Positions 9,062 through 19,806 of a stretch of DNA of 64,000 nucleotides are shown here, piece by piece. Numbering within the stretch: the first letter of the stretch is position 1; each line of letters begins with the position of its first letter. Below the pieces are notes generated by a model. It saw nothing but the letters and a program-made list of their open reading frames with translations. It was not told where the DNA came from and made no database searches. A program made the translations under genes and the position numbers. Source of the DNA: an uncultured Actinomycetes bacterium (GTDB lineage Bacteria > Actinomycetota > Thermoleophilia > RBG-16-64-13); assembly GCA_963841735.1 (NCBI GenBank), contig CAWJDT010000001.1, forward strand, positions 960,001-1,024,000. The letters are read 5' to 3'.

Positions 9062-10060
9062 ATGGATGCGACGCGGGGAGGTTTCGTTTTGGCTGAAGAC
9101 GTTAGGGATCGCAGCATCGTCGCTGAGGGGATAGCTCGCTATTTCGCCGATGTCAAAGCGGTGGACGGGGTGGATCTCAACATCGAGTCGGGCCGAGTCT
9201 TCGGGTTCTTGGGGCCGAATGGCTCGGGCAAGACGACTACCGTGAAGATGCTCACCACCATCCTCGCTCCGACGGCCGGTACCGCCAGGGTGGGTGGCTT
9301 CGACGTGGTGCGGGAGCAGGAACGGGTGCGCTCGCGTATCGGCGTCGCGCTTCAAGAGGTCGGTCTTGACGGGCTCATGACCGCCCGGGAGATGCTGACG
9401 CTCCAGGCTCGCTTGTTCACCGCCGATGCTGCCGGCGCGCGCGCGGCCGCAGAGCGCCTGCTCAAGACGGTGGCTCTGGACGACGTCGATCCAAAGAAGA
9501 AGGTCGGGCAATTCTCGGGCGGTATGAAGCGGAGGCTTGACCTTGCCCTCGCTCTCGTCAACGACCCGGACATTCTTTTCCTCGACGAGCCCACCACCGG
9601 CCTTGATCCGGTGAGCCGCCTGGCCATCTGGGAGGAGGTCCGGCGCTTGAACTCCGAACGCGGCATGACGATCTTCCTGACCACGCAGTACCTCGAGGAG
9701 GCCGACCGGCTGGCCGATGAGGTGGCCATCATCGACAAGGGCAAGATCGTGGCCCAGGGCTCACCGAGCGCCCTCAAGCGGGAGATCGGCAACGAGGTGG
9801 TGACACTGACTTTCGCGACGGCCGAGGTGGCCGGTCGGGCCGCGGCGGTGCTGGCGCCCCTGGCCCCCCGGCAGCAACAGTCGGGCCGCGATCTGCTCTG
9901 CTACTTCACGGCCGCCGCCGACAAGCTGCCAGGTATCGTCCGGGCCTTGGATGAGGCTGGAGTATCGCTTGAGGCCCTCACTGTCAGCGAGCCGACCTTG
10001 GACGACGTGTTCCTGCGGGCCACCGGTCAGCGCATCGCCGCCCGGGAGGAGGAGGCGTGA
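9062..10060 (+). CDS. ABC exporter ATP-binding protein (DrrA family)
   Basis: GPNGSGKTT, FSGGMKRRL, FLDEPTTGLDP, LTTQYLEEAD, PTLDDVFL. Confidence 0.95.
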   Translation: MDATRGGFVLAEDVRDRSIVAEGIARYFADVKAVDGVDLNIESGRVFGFLGPNGSGKTTTVKMLTTILAPTAGTARVGGFDVVREQERVRSRIGVALQEVGLDGLMTAREMLTLQARLFTADAAGARAAAERLLKTVALDDVDPKKKVGQFSGGMKRRLDLALALVNDPDILFLDEPTTGLDPVSRLAIWEEVRRLNSERGMTIFLTTQYLEEADRLADEVAIIDKGKIVAQGSPSALKREIGNEVVTLTFATAEVAGRAAAVLAPLAPRQQQSGRDLLCYFTAAADKLPGIVRALDEAGVSLEALTVSEPTLDDVFLRATGQRIAAREEEA

Positions 10061-10819
10061 TCGAGATCCTACTTCTCGTGCGACGGTCGTTGCGCAACAG
10101 TCTGCGCGTCCCGGCGGCGCTTATCCCCAACGTCGCCATCAGCGTCTTCTTCCTGTTCGTCTTCAACGCGGGGTTGTCTTCGGTGGCGAACCTGCCGGGC
10201 TTCAAAGGCACTTACTTGGCCTTCATCATCCCGGTTTCTATCGTGTCGGCCTCGGTCGGCGGCGCGGGCAGCGCCGGGCAGTCGCTGGTGCGCGACCTGG
10301 AGTCGGGGTACTTCACCAAGCTGCTCTTGACCCCGGCCTCGCGGCTGGCCCTCGTCTGGGGTCCCGATGATCGCGGGGGCCATTTTGCTGGTGGGGCAAG
10401 TGGTGCTCATCTTGGCCTTGGGACTGGCTCTGGGTCTGAAGCCCGCGGCCGGTCCGGCCGGTCTGCTCTTGGTCTTGGGCTTCGCCTTCCTCTGGGGCAT
10501 GGCTTTCGCCGGGTATGCGGTGTTCGTGGCTCTCAAGACCAAGAACGGAGCGGCGGCCGAGGCGGCCACGTTCGCCTTCTTTCCGCTGATCTTCCTCTCG
10601 ACTACGTTCGTGCCCAAGGAGTACATCACCGCTACATGGCTCAAGTGGCTGGCCACCGTCAATCCCACCACGTACATCTATGACGCGATGCGCTCGCTGC
10701 TGATCGAAGGATGGCAAGGGCAGCCACTTCTGATAGGTCTGGGGGTGGTGCTTGCCTTCGGCACCCTGACGGGGGCAATGGCTCTGCGCCAGGCGCGACG
10801 GGCGACCCGGTTGGGATAG
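10057..10819 (+). CDS. ABC-2 type permease (DrrB family), frameshift near 10360
   Basis: Two consecutive hydrophobic ORFs (..DLESGYFTKLLLTP..; ..FPLIFLST.FVP..NPTTY) join into one ABC-2 permease; GTGA overlap with the ATPase gene. Confidence 0.88.
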
Positions 10820-10830
10820 GGGGACGAGCG

Positions 10831-12510
10831 GTGACAGACGAACGGTCGCGTGCGGCGGTGCCTAGCCTGGCGGCGCCCAGTCCATACCTGCACGACGGCC
10901 GGCCGTTCCGGGTGGGCGCCGTCGTCTTCGATTTCGACGGCACGCTGACCGCTCCGGGTGAGATCGATTTCGCGGCCCTTCACGAGGCCCTCGGCTGTCC
11001 GCGAGATGTGGGACTGCTGGAATTCCTCCAGGCCATCGCCGATCCGGAGGAGCGGCGGCGCAAAGAGGAGATACTGGCGGAAGCTGAGACGGAAGCTGCC
11101 GGCCGGTGCCGGGCGAACGCAGGAGCCCAAGAGCTGGTGGCCCTTCTACGAGAGCACGCGATCCCCATGGCCATCCTCACGCGCAACCGGCGCGAGGCTG
11201 TGGACGTGGCGTTCGCGCGCTTGGACGGCATCGAGCCGGGCGACTTTGCCCTGGTGGTCACCCGGGACCTCCCCTTGAGCCCCAAGCCTTCCCCAGACGG
11301 CGCGCAGTTCATCGCTCGGGAACTGGGGCTGGATGTAGGCGAGATGCTTGTGCTCGGCGATCATGCCTTCGACGTGGAGGCGGGGCAGCGGGCGGGGGCG
11401 TTGACCATGTTCCTTCAGAACGATCCGCGCGAAGCCTCGCAGCCGTCGGGCGCCGATTTGACGGTGCACACTCTGAGCGAGGCCGTCCGCATCATCCGCT
11501 ACGGTCTGCCCCTCCCGGTGGGCAAGTTGCCGCCTGAGTTCTTGGGGGTGGGCCTGACCGGCATAGCCCTCACCGATCCGGCCGTGCTGATCGGGGCCGG
11601 CATCGGAGAAGATGCGGCCGCCATCGATGTGCGGGCGGCCGAGGTGCTGGTCTTGGCGGCGGACCCTATCACCATGGCCGCGGATTCCCTGGCCCGGTAC
11701 GTCGTCTTGGCCAACGCCAACGACGTGGCCACCAGTGGGGCCACCCCGCGTTGGCTTCTCAGCACCCTGCTCTTCCCTTGTGGCACCAGCGCGTCGGAGA
11801 TCCTTGCTGTCATGCGTGACATCCAGGCGGTGTGCGCTGAATGTGGGATCTCTCTGTGCGGGGGCCATACCGAGATCACCGATGCGGTGTCGCGCCCCCT
11901 GGCAGTCGGCACCGTGGCAGGCACGGCGGTGGCGGCGGAACTCCTCGACAAAAGGCAGATGCGGGAGGGTGACCTGGTGCTGTTGACCAAGGGTGTGGCC
12001 GTGGAAGGCACCGGCCTCCTCGCCCGGGAGTTCGGTGGACGCTTGACCAAGGCCGGTATCACCGCTGCCGAGATAGCCAAGGCGGCTCGTTTCTTGGACA
12101 GAATAGGGATCTTGGAGGAAGCGCGGGTCGCCCGCTCCTTTAGGGGAGTGAGCGCACTCCACGACGTCACCGAGGGGGGGTTGGCCACCGCGGTGCGGGA
12201 ACTGGGCGCAGCCGGCGGCCGCCGGCTGCGCCTCCACATGGAAAAGATCCCCGTGTACCCGCAGACCCGGCGCGTGTGCGAGGCTCTTGGCCTCGACCCC
12301 CTCGGTCTGATCGGGTCGGGAAGCCTCCTCATCACCTGCTCCCCAAGCGACGCGGGATCGCTGGTCACCGCCATGGGTGCGGCCGGCATCGAGATCACCG
12401 AGATCGGCGAAGTGCTGGGCTTGGGTGAGGGGATCGAGGCGCTCAAGGAGGGTGCCTCAGTGGAGTGGCCCCTTTTCACTCGAGACGAGGTCTCCCGTCT
12501 AAGTAGTTAG
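10831..12510 (+). CDS. HAD-family phosphatase fused to an AIR-synthase-like (PurM/HypE fold) domain
   Basis: N-terminal FDFDGTL, LTRN, KPSPDG, GDHAFD; C-terminal GEDAA, DPIT, NANDVA, GGHTE, HDVTEGGL, LIGSGSLLI. Confidence 0.88.
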   Translation: MTDERSRAAVPSLAAPSPYLHDGRPFRVGAVVFDFDGTLTAPGEIDFAALHEALGCPRDVGLLEFLQAIADPEERRRKEEILAEAETEAAGRCRANAGAQELVALLREHAIPMAILTRNRREAVDVAFARLDGIEPGDFALVVTRDLPLSPKPSPDGAQFIARELGLDVGEMLVLGDHAFDVEAGQRAGALTMFLQNDPREASQPSGADLTVHTLSEAVRIIRYGLPLPVGKLPPEFLGVGLTGIALTDPAVLIGAGIGEDAAAIDVRAAEVLVLAADPITMAADSLARYVVLANANDVATSGATPRWLLSTLLFPCGTSASEILAVMRDIQAVCAECGISLCGGHTEITDAVSRPLAVGTVAGTAVAAELLDKRQMREGDLVLLTKGVAVEGTGLLAREFGGRLTKAGITAAEIAKAARFLDRIGILEEARVARSFRGVSALHDVTEGGLATAVRELGAAGGRRLRLHMEKIPVYPQTRRVCEALGLDPLGLIGSGSLLITCSPSDAGSLVTAMGAAGIEITEIGEVLGLGEGIEALKEGASVEWPLFTRDEVSRLSS

Positions 12511-12543
12511 GCAGTACCAAATAGTACGGCGATGCCGTATAAT
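12503..12543 (+). promoter_or_regulatory. MarR promoter with probable autoregulatory operator(s)
   Basis: Palindrome TACGGC-gat-GCCGTA (12525-12539) overlaps TATAAT (12538-12543), with a weaker TAGTTAGG..CCAAATAG site just upstream. The ATG is 8 nt after the -10 (leaderless-like). Confidence 0.6.
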
Positions 12544-12551
12544 ATGGCACC

Positions 12552-13001
12552 ATGAGTACTCATACCCCCCTCTCCCTGAGTGATCGCTTCCGCACCGCCT
12601 ACTGGCGGGCGCTGCAGGAGTTGGATACCTTGCGCCTACATCAGTGGGAGCGATCGCAACTGACCATGCCGCAATTGCGGGTGCTGTTCCAGGTGCGGCG
12701 TTCGCCGGGCATCACCACCGGCCAGCTCAGCCGCAACGTGGGCATCACCATGTCGACCACTAGTGGTCTTGTCACGAAGTTGGTGGATGGAGGCCTGATC
12801 GCTCGGAATACCAGCCAAGAGGATCGGCGACAGATCCCCCTGGAGCTGACTGAGACGGGCAGGCAACTCGCTGGAGAACTGTCCGAATACTCGCGCCCCT
12901 TCCTGGAGGGCCTGGCCGAAGAGCTGGGGCAAGATCTCGAGTCGGTGGTCGCGGCTCTCGAGGCCTTGACGGCAGCGGCGGCGCGGGTGAGACCGCGATG
13001 A
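12552..13001 (+). CDS. MarR family transcriptional regulator
   Basis: LTMPQLRVL, winged helix with ITMSTTSGLVTKL..GLIAR, EDRR..LELTETG. Confidence 0.93.
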   Translation: MSTHTPLSLSDRFRTAYWRALQELDTLRLHQWERSQLTMPQLRVLFQVRRSPGITTGQLSRNVGITMSTTSGLVTKLVDGGLIARNTSQEDRRQIPLELTETGRQLAGELSEYSRPFLEGLAEELGQDLESVVAALEALTAAAARVRPR

Positions 13002-14278
13002 GGATCCCCCGCCCCCGCGTGGCGAACCTAACGCACACGTTCCGCTCGCTTAAGAACAGGAACTACCGGCTCTTTTGGTTTGGCCAACTGATATCCCTGG
13101 CCGGTACGTGGATGCAGGATGTCGCCCTGGGCTGGCTGGTGCTGGAAATCACCGGTTCCGCTGTGGCCCTTGGCTTGACCATGACCATCCGGTTCTTTCC
13201 CGCGCTTCTCTTCTCTTTGCACGGGGGAGTGCTGGCCGACCGCCTGCCCAAGCGGCAGACCCTCGTCATCGCCCAATCGACGCAGTTGGTGGTCGCCCTC
13301 ATTTTGGCAGTGCTCACCTCCGCTGAGATCTTGACTGTGACTATCATCTATGTGCTCGCTGGGCTGCGGGGGATGGTGGATGCCATCGAGGGCCCCACTC
13401 GACAGGCCTTTGTTCCTGAGATGGTCGGCATGGCCGACCTGCCGAACGCCGTGGGCCTCAACTCCATGCTGTTCAACTCCGCGCGTATCGTCGGCCCGGC
13501 CATCGGGGCGGCTGTTATCGGCATCCTGGGTATGGCGGCGTGCTTCTACCTGAACGCGGCGACTTTTGTTGCCGTCATCGTCGCTCTGGCCCTGATGCGC
13601 CCGAGCGAGTTGTATGAGGTCCCCCGCGCTCCCAGGGACAAGGTCTGGCGTCAGTTGCGCGAAGGTCTTGGCTACGCCCGGAGGACCCCCGAGGTGATGG
13701 TGATCTTCTTAGTAATGAGCGGCATGGGCGCTTTTGGCATGAACTTCCAGACCCTGCTGCCGCTGGTCACCAAGCGTGTTCTCCTTGCGGGACCTTCCAC
13801 CCTGTCGCTGCTCTTCGCGGCAATGGGGGTGGGGTCGGTGATGGCCGGATTGGTGGCTGCCTACCGGGCCAAGCCCAGTCGGAAGCTGCTACTGGGCGCA
13901 GCGGGCTGTTTCGTGATCTTTCTGGCGCTGACAGGGCTCTCGCCGTGGCGAGCCAGCACGGTAGCGCTGCTCTTTCTCTGTGGCGTCACGGCCAACCTCT
14001 GCATGACCGCCGCGAACACGCGGCTGCAGATGCGGGTGCCGGGACACTTACGGGGCCGGGTCATGGGCATCTACATCCTGCTCTTCATCGGCACTACACC
14101 CATTGGCAGCTATATCTGCGGGCAAATGGCCGACAATGCCCATCTGGGGGTGCGGGGCACAGTGCTGATCACGGCCGGTCTGTGTGGTGCCTTCATAGCC
14201 ACGGCGTGGGTCTACGCTCGGCGGGCTACCCCGGCGGATGAGAGCGAAGCTCAGATGGAGCCGGCAATCGGCGCGTGA
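12998..14278 (+). CDS. MFS transporter (DHA3/EntS-like)
   Basis: FRSLKNRNYRLFWFGQLIS, GGVLADRLPKR, PTRQAF, LRGRVMG; 12 TM segments. Confidence 0.93.
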   Translation: MRIPRPRVANLTHTFRSLKNRNYRLFWFGQLISLAGTWMQDVALGWLVLEITGSAVALGLTMTIRFFPALLFSLHGGVLADRLPKRQTLVIAQSTQLVVALILAVLTSAEILTVTIIYVLAGLRGMVDAIEGPTRQAFVPEMVGMADLPNAVGLNSMLFNSARIVGPAIGAAVIGILGMAACFYLNAATFVAVIVALALMRPSELYEVPRAPRDKVWRQLREGLGYARRTPEVMVIFLVMSGMGAFGMNFQTLLPLVTKRVLLAGPSTLSLLFAAMGVGSVMAGLVAAYRAKPSRKLLLGAAGCFVIFLALTGLSPWRASTVALLFLCGVTANLCMTAANTRLQMRVPGHLRGRVMGIYILLFIGTTPIGSYICGQMADNAHLGVRGTVLITAGLCGAFIATAWVYARRATPADESEAQMEPAIGA

Positions 14279-14291
14279 CCGGAGGAGGCGC

Positions 14292-14762
14292 CTATTCCGA
14301 GGCCCTGGTGGGCTGCTCCCGGGGCGCCAAGACCGGGAGGTCCCGCTTCTCGAGGGTCAAGATCGCGTCCCTCAGGTCGGGCGGGAGCGAGGTTCGCCGG
14401 CCGGTAACGTAATCGTACGAGACGACCACCGCGTCACTCTCCGCGGCCACCCTGTCCAGCTTGTGGCTGAAGGCGGCATGCTCCATCAACACGCGGTCCT
14501 CTCCCAGAGCAGCCACCCTTGTTGCGACCGAGAGCGTGTCGGGATAGGTTACCGGCACTTTGAACCGGCAGCTTAGGCTCGCCAGGATAAGACCGTACTC
14601 CTGCCACGAGGGGCCGGGAGGGTCCATCCCCAGCGCCACCAGATATTCGATGCGGGCCGTCTCGAAGTACTGCAGGTAGAGGGTGTTGTTCACGTGCCCG
14701 AGGGAGTCCATATCGCCCCAGCGCACGACCACATCCACTACCACCGGGTAATCCTTAAGCAT
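14292..14762 (-). CDS. Acyl-CoA thioesterase (4HBT/YbgC-like)
   Basis: VRWGDMDSLGHVNNTLYLQYFETAR hot-dog fold motif. Confidence 0.92.
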   Translation of the reverse strand: MLKDYPVVVDVVVRWGDMDSLGHVNNTLYLQYFETARIEYLVALGMDPPGPSWQEYGLILASLSCRFKVPVTYPDTLSVATRVAALGEDRVLMEHAAFSHKLDRVAAESDAVVVSYDYVTGRRTSLPPDLRDAILTLEKRDLPVLAPREQPTRASE

Positions 14763-14886
14763 GACTTCTCCTGCCTCTTGCGGCTGAACGGTGGGATTGT
14801 ACTCCGAGAGTCAGAGGTGTATCCGGTCGTCAATACCGGTACTCTAGTGGGTAGAAGCAGAGGTCCCCACGAGAAAGGAACCGACT

Positions 14887-15994
14887 ATGAAAGATCCGCG
14901 GGTGGAGGCCTTAGCCGGTAACCTTCTGGACTATTCGCTCAAGATCAAGCCGGGCGAGAAGCTGCTCATCGAGGGGGAGACGGGCTCGCTCGAGCTGATG
15001 ATGGCGCTGGTCGAAGCGACGTACAAGCGGGATGCCATGCCCTTTGTCCATTTGGGCGACGCCCGTTTGCAGCGGGCCTGGCTGCTTGGGGCCACGCGGC
15101 CGCAGATGGACCTCCGAGTCTTCTGGGAGCTGCATAGGGTCAAGGATGCTGATGCCGTTCTTTCGATAATGGCCGGAGACAATGCCGCCGAGCTTGTTGA
15201 CGTCCCAGGGGCCGCGCTGGAAGACGCTCGTCTGGCGTCAAAGCCGCTCATGGACATATACCTGTCGAAGAAGTGGGTGCTTCTTCGCTTTCCTACCCCT
15301 TCTGCCGCTCAGGCGGCAGGCATGTCCACGGAGGGGTTCGAGGACTTCTGCCTGGCGGTCTCCACTCTGGACTACGCCCGCATGGCCAAGGCCATGGACC
15401 CCTTGGTGCAGCTCATGGAGCGCACCGACCGCGTGCGGGTGACAGGGCCGGGCACCGACATCAGTTTCTCCATCAAAGGGATCCCGGTGCTCAAGGCGTC
15501 CGGTCAAAACAACATCCCCGACGGGGAGGTGTTCACCGCTCCCGTGCGCGACTCGGCCAACGGCACGATTCTGTTCAACACGCCTTCGCTTGAAGACGGC
15601 ACCACGTTCGAGCGCGTCAGCCTCACCTTGAAGGACGGACGGGTGGTCGACGCCGACTGCAACGAGCCGGAGAAGCTCCGGCAGAGATTGGACACCGACG
15701 AGGGGGCCCGCTACCTCGGCGAGTTCGCCTTGGGACTGAATCCTCTGATCGAGAAACCGATGAAGGACACTCTGTACGACGAGAAGATCGGCGGGAGCCT
15801 GCATCTGACTCCGGGCCGGGCCTACGATGACGCCGACAACGGCAACCGTTCCGGCATCCACTGGGATCTCGTGCTGATCCAGACGCCAGAATGGGGCGGG
15901 GGCGAGATCTTCTTCGACGGAGTGCTGGTACGCAAGGACGGCCGCTTCGTTCTTGCCGGAGCTCGACGGGCTTAATCCCGAGAACTTGGTGTAG
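14887..15994 (+). CDS. M29 aminopeptidase (AmpS/PepS-like); C-terminal frameshift near 15950
   Basis: MKDPRVEALA, NIPDGEVFTAP, GEFALG, DEKIGGSLHLTPG.AY, NRSGIHWD. The family-typical end PELDGLNPENLV* is in a shifted frame, with the stop at 15994. Confidence 0.92.
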
Positions 15995-16012
15995 GCGGAG
16001 GGCCGATAGGGG

Positions 16013-17480
16013 ATGACTACCCGTATGGCCACAGGTACGAACGACATCGGCATCATAGGACTGGGCGTCATGGGCAGCAACTTGGCGCTCAACATGGCAG
16101 ACCACGGGTTCGCGGTGGCGGTCTACAACCGCACCGCTTCTGTGACCCAGGAGTTCGCCGCTTCGCTCGGCCGGGGACAACGGGTGCAGCCCTGCTACTC
16201 CCTCGAAGAGTTCGTCGAGTCGCTCGCATTGCCGCGCAGGGTCATGATCATGGTCAAGGCGGGGAGCCCCGGTGGACGCGGTGATCACCGAACTGGAGGC
16301 TCTGCTCGAACCCGGAGACGTGCTGATCGACGGCGGCAACTCCCATTTTGCCGACACCGAGCGGCGAGACGAAGTCTCTGGCGGCTAAAGGCATCGCCTT
16401 CTTGGGAGTGGGAATCTCGGGCGGGGAGTCCGGCGCCAGAACTGGACCGAGCATAATGCCGGGAGGGCCCAAGGAAGCCTACGAGTCGGTGCGCGCCATA
16501 TTCGAGGCCATCGCCGCCAAGGTGGACGGCGAGCCCTGCGTGTCATATCTCGGGGTGGGCGCCGCGGGCCACTACGTGAAGATGGTCCACAACGGCATCG
16601 AGTACGGCTTCATGCAACTCATCGCCGATTCATACGCGCTCATGAGGCAGGCGCTCGGCCTCTCGAACGACGAGTTGGCCGCGGTCTATGCCGGCTGGGA
16701 CGAGGCGGAGCTGGACTCCTACCTTGTGGAGATAACGGCGCAGATCTTCCGACGGCGCGACGACAAGACCGGAGGCTACCTGGTCGATCTCATACTTGGC
16801 GAGGCCGGACAGCTCGGCACCGGGATGTGGGCCTCGCAAAGCGCCATGAGCCTGCAGATGCCCGTGCCCAACATCGACATCGCCGTCGCCATGCGGAACC
16901 TGTCCGCTCTTGAGGAAGAGAGACATGAGGCGCGGACTCTGCTAGGGCCGGCAGACTCTGCTGAGAAGACGGCCGCGAGGGTGTCGCCCGGCGGCGAGGG
17001 CCCAGTGGGGATGCGCAGCCTCAAGAGCGAGAACGTGCGCGGCGCTCTGTACGCCGCCATGGTGATCACCTACGCGCAGGGCTTCGCTCAGCTGCAGGCC
17101 GCCTCCAAGGCTATGGGTTGGACTCTGCAGGCTGGAAGACGTGGCTTCGATCTGGCGGGGAGGCTGCATAGTGAGGGCGGCCCTGCTGCGGGACATCAGG
17201 GCGGCATTCCAGCCGTCGGCCGGAACTGCCGAACCTCCTTCTCGACCCCCACTTCTCTCGAGTCCTGCGCGCTCCAGGCGGGACGATCTGGCCTGTGCCA
17301 TCGCTGCCGGGATGTCGGCCGGTGTCCCCGTCCCGGGCCTGATGACTGCGCTGGCCTATCTGGACAGCTATCGAGCACGAGTGGTTGCCGTCCAACCTCA
17401 TCCAGGCCCAACGCGACTACTTCGGCGCGCATACCTACCGGCGCGTCGACGAGGGCGGGGTATTTCACACCGACTGGTAG
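16013..17480 (+). CDS. gnd: NADP-dependent 6-phosphogluconate dehydrogenase (multiple frameshifts)
   Basis: [78 protein letters not shown] found across several frames. Confidence 0.92.
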
Positions 17481-17513
17481 GCGGGCCGAGAACGATGGCA
17501 GGTGGAGGGCTCT

Positions 17514-18398
17514 ATGCCGGACTCGATGATCGCGCACGGTGGGGCCACGCGAGGCCGGTTCCTGGTGAATGTCTACCCCGATCCGGCTACCATGGCGCTC
17601 GTGACGGCCGGGCTCATCGTCGTGGAAGCCCGGCGGGCGGTCAGGAAGCGCGGCCGCTTTCACGCTGGCCCTCGCGGGCGGGACGACGCCTAGAGAGACG
17701 TATGCGCTTCTGGCGGGCCCTCCCTTTGCGGATCTCGTGCCCTGGGAGAACGTGGAGGTCTTCTGGACAGACGAGAGATGTGTGGGCCCGGATGATGCTG
17801 CGCAGCAACGAGCGGATGGTCCGCGACAGCCCTGCTTGATCACGTGCCTATCCCGCCCGCCCACGTTCACCCGATGAGATGCCCGACGGACGGCGTCGAC
17901 TGTGGTGATCTAGATCCGGCAAGCGCCGACCGCGTCGCCTTGGCTGCTGCCGACCGCTACGACGAGCTGCTTGACGCCGCCTTTCCGGCACGCGGCGCAC
18001 CCGGCGCATGTGGCGCACCCGGCGTCGACCTGGTGCTCCTCGGACTGGGTGAGAACGGGCACACCGCGTCGCTCTTCCCCGGTTCAGTTGCACTTGGCGA
18101 GAGCGAGCGAGTGGCCGCTGCGGCGCTGGTCGATGCTGCTGCCGGTCGCGGCACGACCGCAGCCGGTGAGGATCTCTGGCGCATCACGATGACGGCTTCG
18201 TTCATCAACAGGGCTGCCTCGGTGGTCTTTCTTGTCAGCGGCGCTGCCAAGGCGGAGATCGTCAAGGAAGTCCTTGAGGGACCGCTCGCTGCCACCCGCC
18301 TGCCGGCGCAACTGATATGGCCGCAAGGCGGGACTCTGCGCTGGCATCTAGATGACGACGCGGCCGCGCTACTTCACCAGGAAACGGAGGCGAGTTGA
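17514..18398 (+). CDS. pgl: 6-phosphogluconolactonase (multiple frameshifts)
   Basis: FWTDERCV, DLVLLGLGENGHTASLFPG, RITMT, FLVSGAAKA, LPAQLI; lies between gnd and zwf. Confidence 0.88.
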
Positions 18399-19794
18399 GC
18401 AAGGCACCTCTCTCAGACGCGTTTGTCTTCTTTGGCGCCACCGGCGATCTTGTGTTCAAAGAGATTTTTCCGGCGCTCCAGGGGCTCATCCGCGATGGAG
18501 GCATCGGTGTGCCGATGATCGGGGTCGCCCGCTCACCCTGGGACGTGGACAAGCTGCGGGCGCGCGCCAAGGAAAGCCTCAAGAACAAAGGGATATACGA
18601 ACCCGAGGCCTTCAAGAAGCTGGCGGGTCTGTTGCACTACGTCTCCGGTGACTACGGAGCTCCCGAGACCTATGCCAGGATATGCGAGGCCCTTGGCTCG
18701 GCGCGCCGGCCGCTCTTCTACCTGGCGATCCCGCCCAGCGTCTTCCCTGTGGTCACGGCCGCTCTGGCCGCTTCGGGTTGCGCAAAGCAGGCCCGGGTGG
18801 TGGTGGAGAAGCCCTTTGGACGGGATCTTGCCTCGGCCCGGGCGCTGAATAGGACTCTTCTCGAGCACTTTCCCGAGGAGGCGATATTCCGCATCGACCA
18901 CTTCCTGAGCAAGGAGCCGGTGCAGAACATCACCTACACACGCTTTGCCAACCCGTTGCTGGAGCCCATCTGGAACCGCGACCACATCCGCAGTGTGCAG
19001 ATCACGCTCGCGGAGGACTTCGGCGTCAAGGAGCGGGGCGGCTACTACGAAGAGGCGGGAGCTATCCGGGACGTCGTCCAGAACCATCTGCTGCAGTTGC
19101 TGGCCATCGTGGCGATGGATCCACCGGGTGCAGGGCAGTCTCGACGCCTATCGGGACGAGAAGGCAAGAGTGCTGCAGGCCGTCCAGGCCTTGGAGCCAC
19201 GACGACGTGGTGAGAGGCCAGTACCAGGGCTACCGGTCGGCGCCCCACGTCGCGCCCGGTTCGACCGTGGAGACGTATGCGGCCTTGAAGCTTTCGATCG
19301 ACAACTGGCGTTGGGCCGGCGTGCCCTTCTACATCCGTGCCGGCAAGGAACTTGCCACTACCTGCACCGAGGTCTTCGTCGAGTTCCGGCGGCCTCCCCG
19401 AGAGACTTTCGGCGAGGTGGTGCCGCCCGGTTCAAGCCACGTGCGCATGAGGATAAGCCCGGATATCGCCATAGGCATAGGCATGCGCGTCAAAGCGCCG
19501 GGTGAGCACATGGTGGGCAGAGACGTGGAGCTCATGCTCACCTCGTGCCCGGCCGACGCGATGCCGCCCTACCAGCGTCTGTTCTCCGATGCCATCCAAG
19601 GCAATCCGGAGTTGTTCGCCCGGCAGGACGGGGTGGAGGAATCGTGGCGCATCGTGGACAAGGTGCTGGATGACGCCCGGTCAGGTCTACCCGTACGAGC
19701 CCGGCACCTGGGGACCCAAGGAGGCCGCGCGCCTCATCGGGAAGAGACGATCACTGGATCGATCCGGTGCCTGCGGGACGACACCATCTGCTGA
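18395..19794 (+). CDS. zwf: Glucose-6-phosphate dehydrogenase (multiple frameshifts; 3' end approximate)
   Basis: FGATGDL, VVEKPFGRD, RIDHFLSKE, RDVVQNHLLQ, VRGQY, RWAGVPFYIRAGK, Y.PGTWGP. Confidence 0.93.
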
Positions 19795-19806
19795 CCGTCG
19801 CCGAGG

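Noticed and set aside
17994-18024. 13-bp direct repeat in pgl (GAPGACGAPG)
   Set aside because: A small in-frame duplication in a loop; low-complexity Ala/Gly/Pro insertions occur in several proteins in this window.
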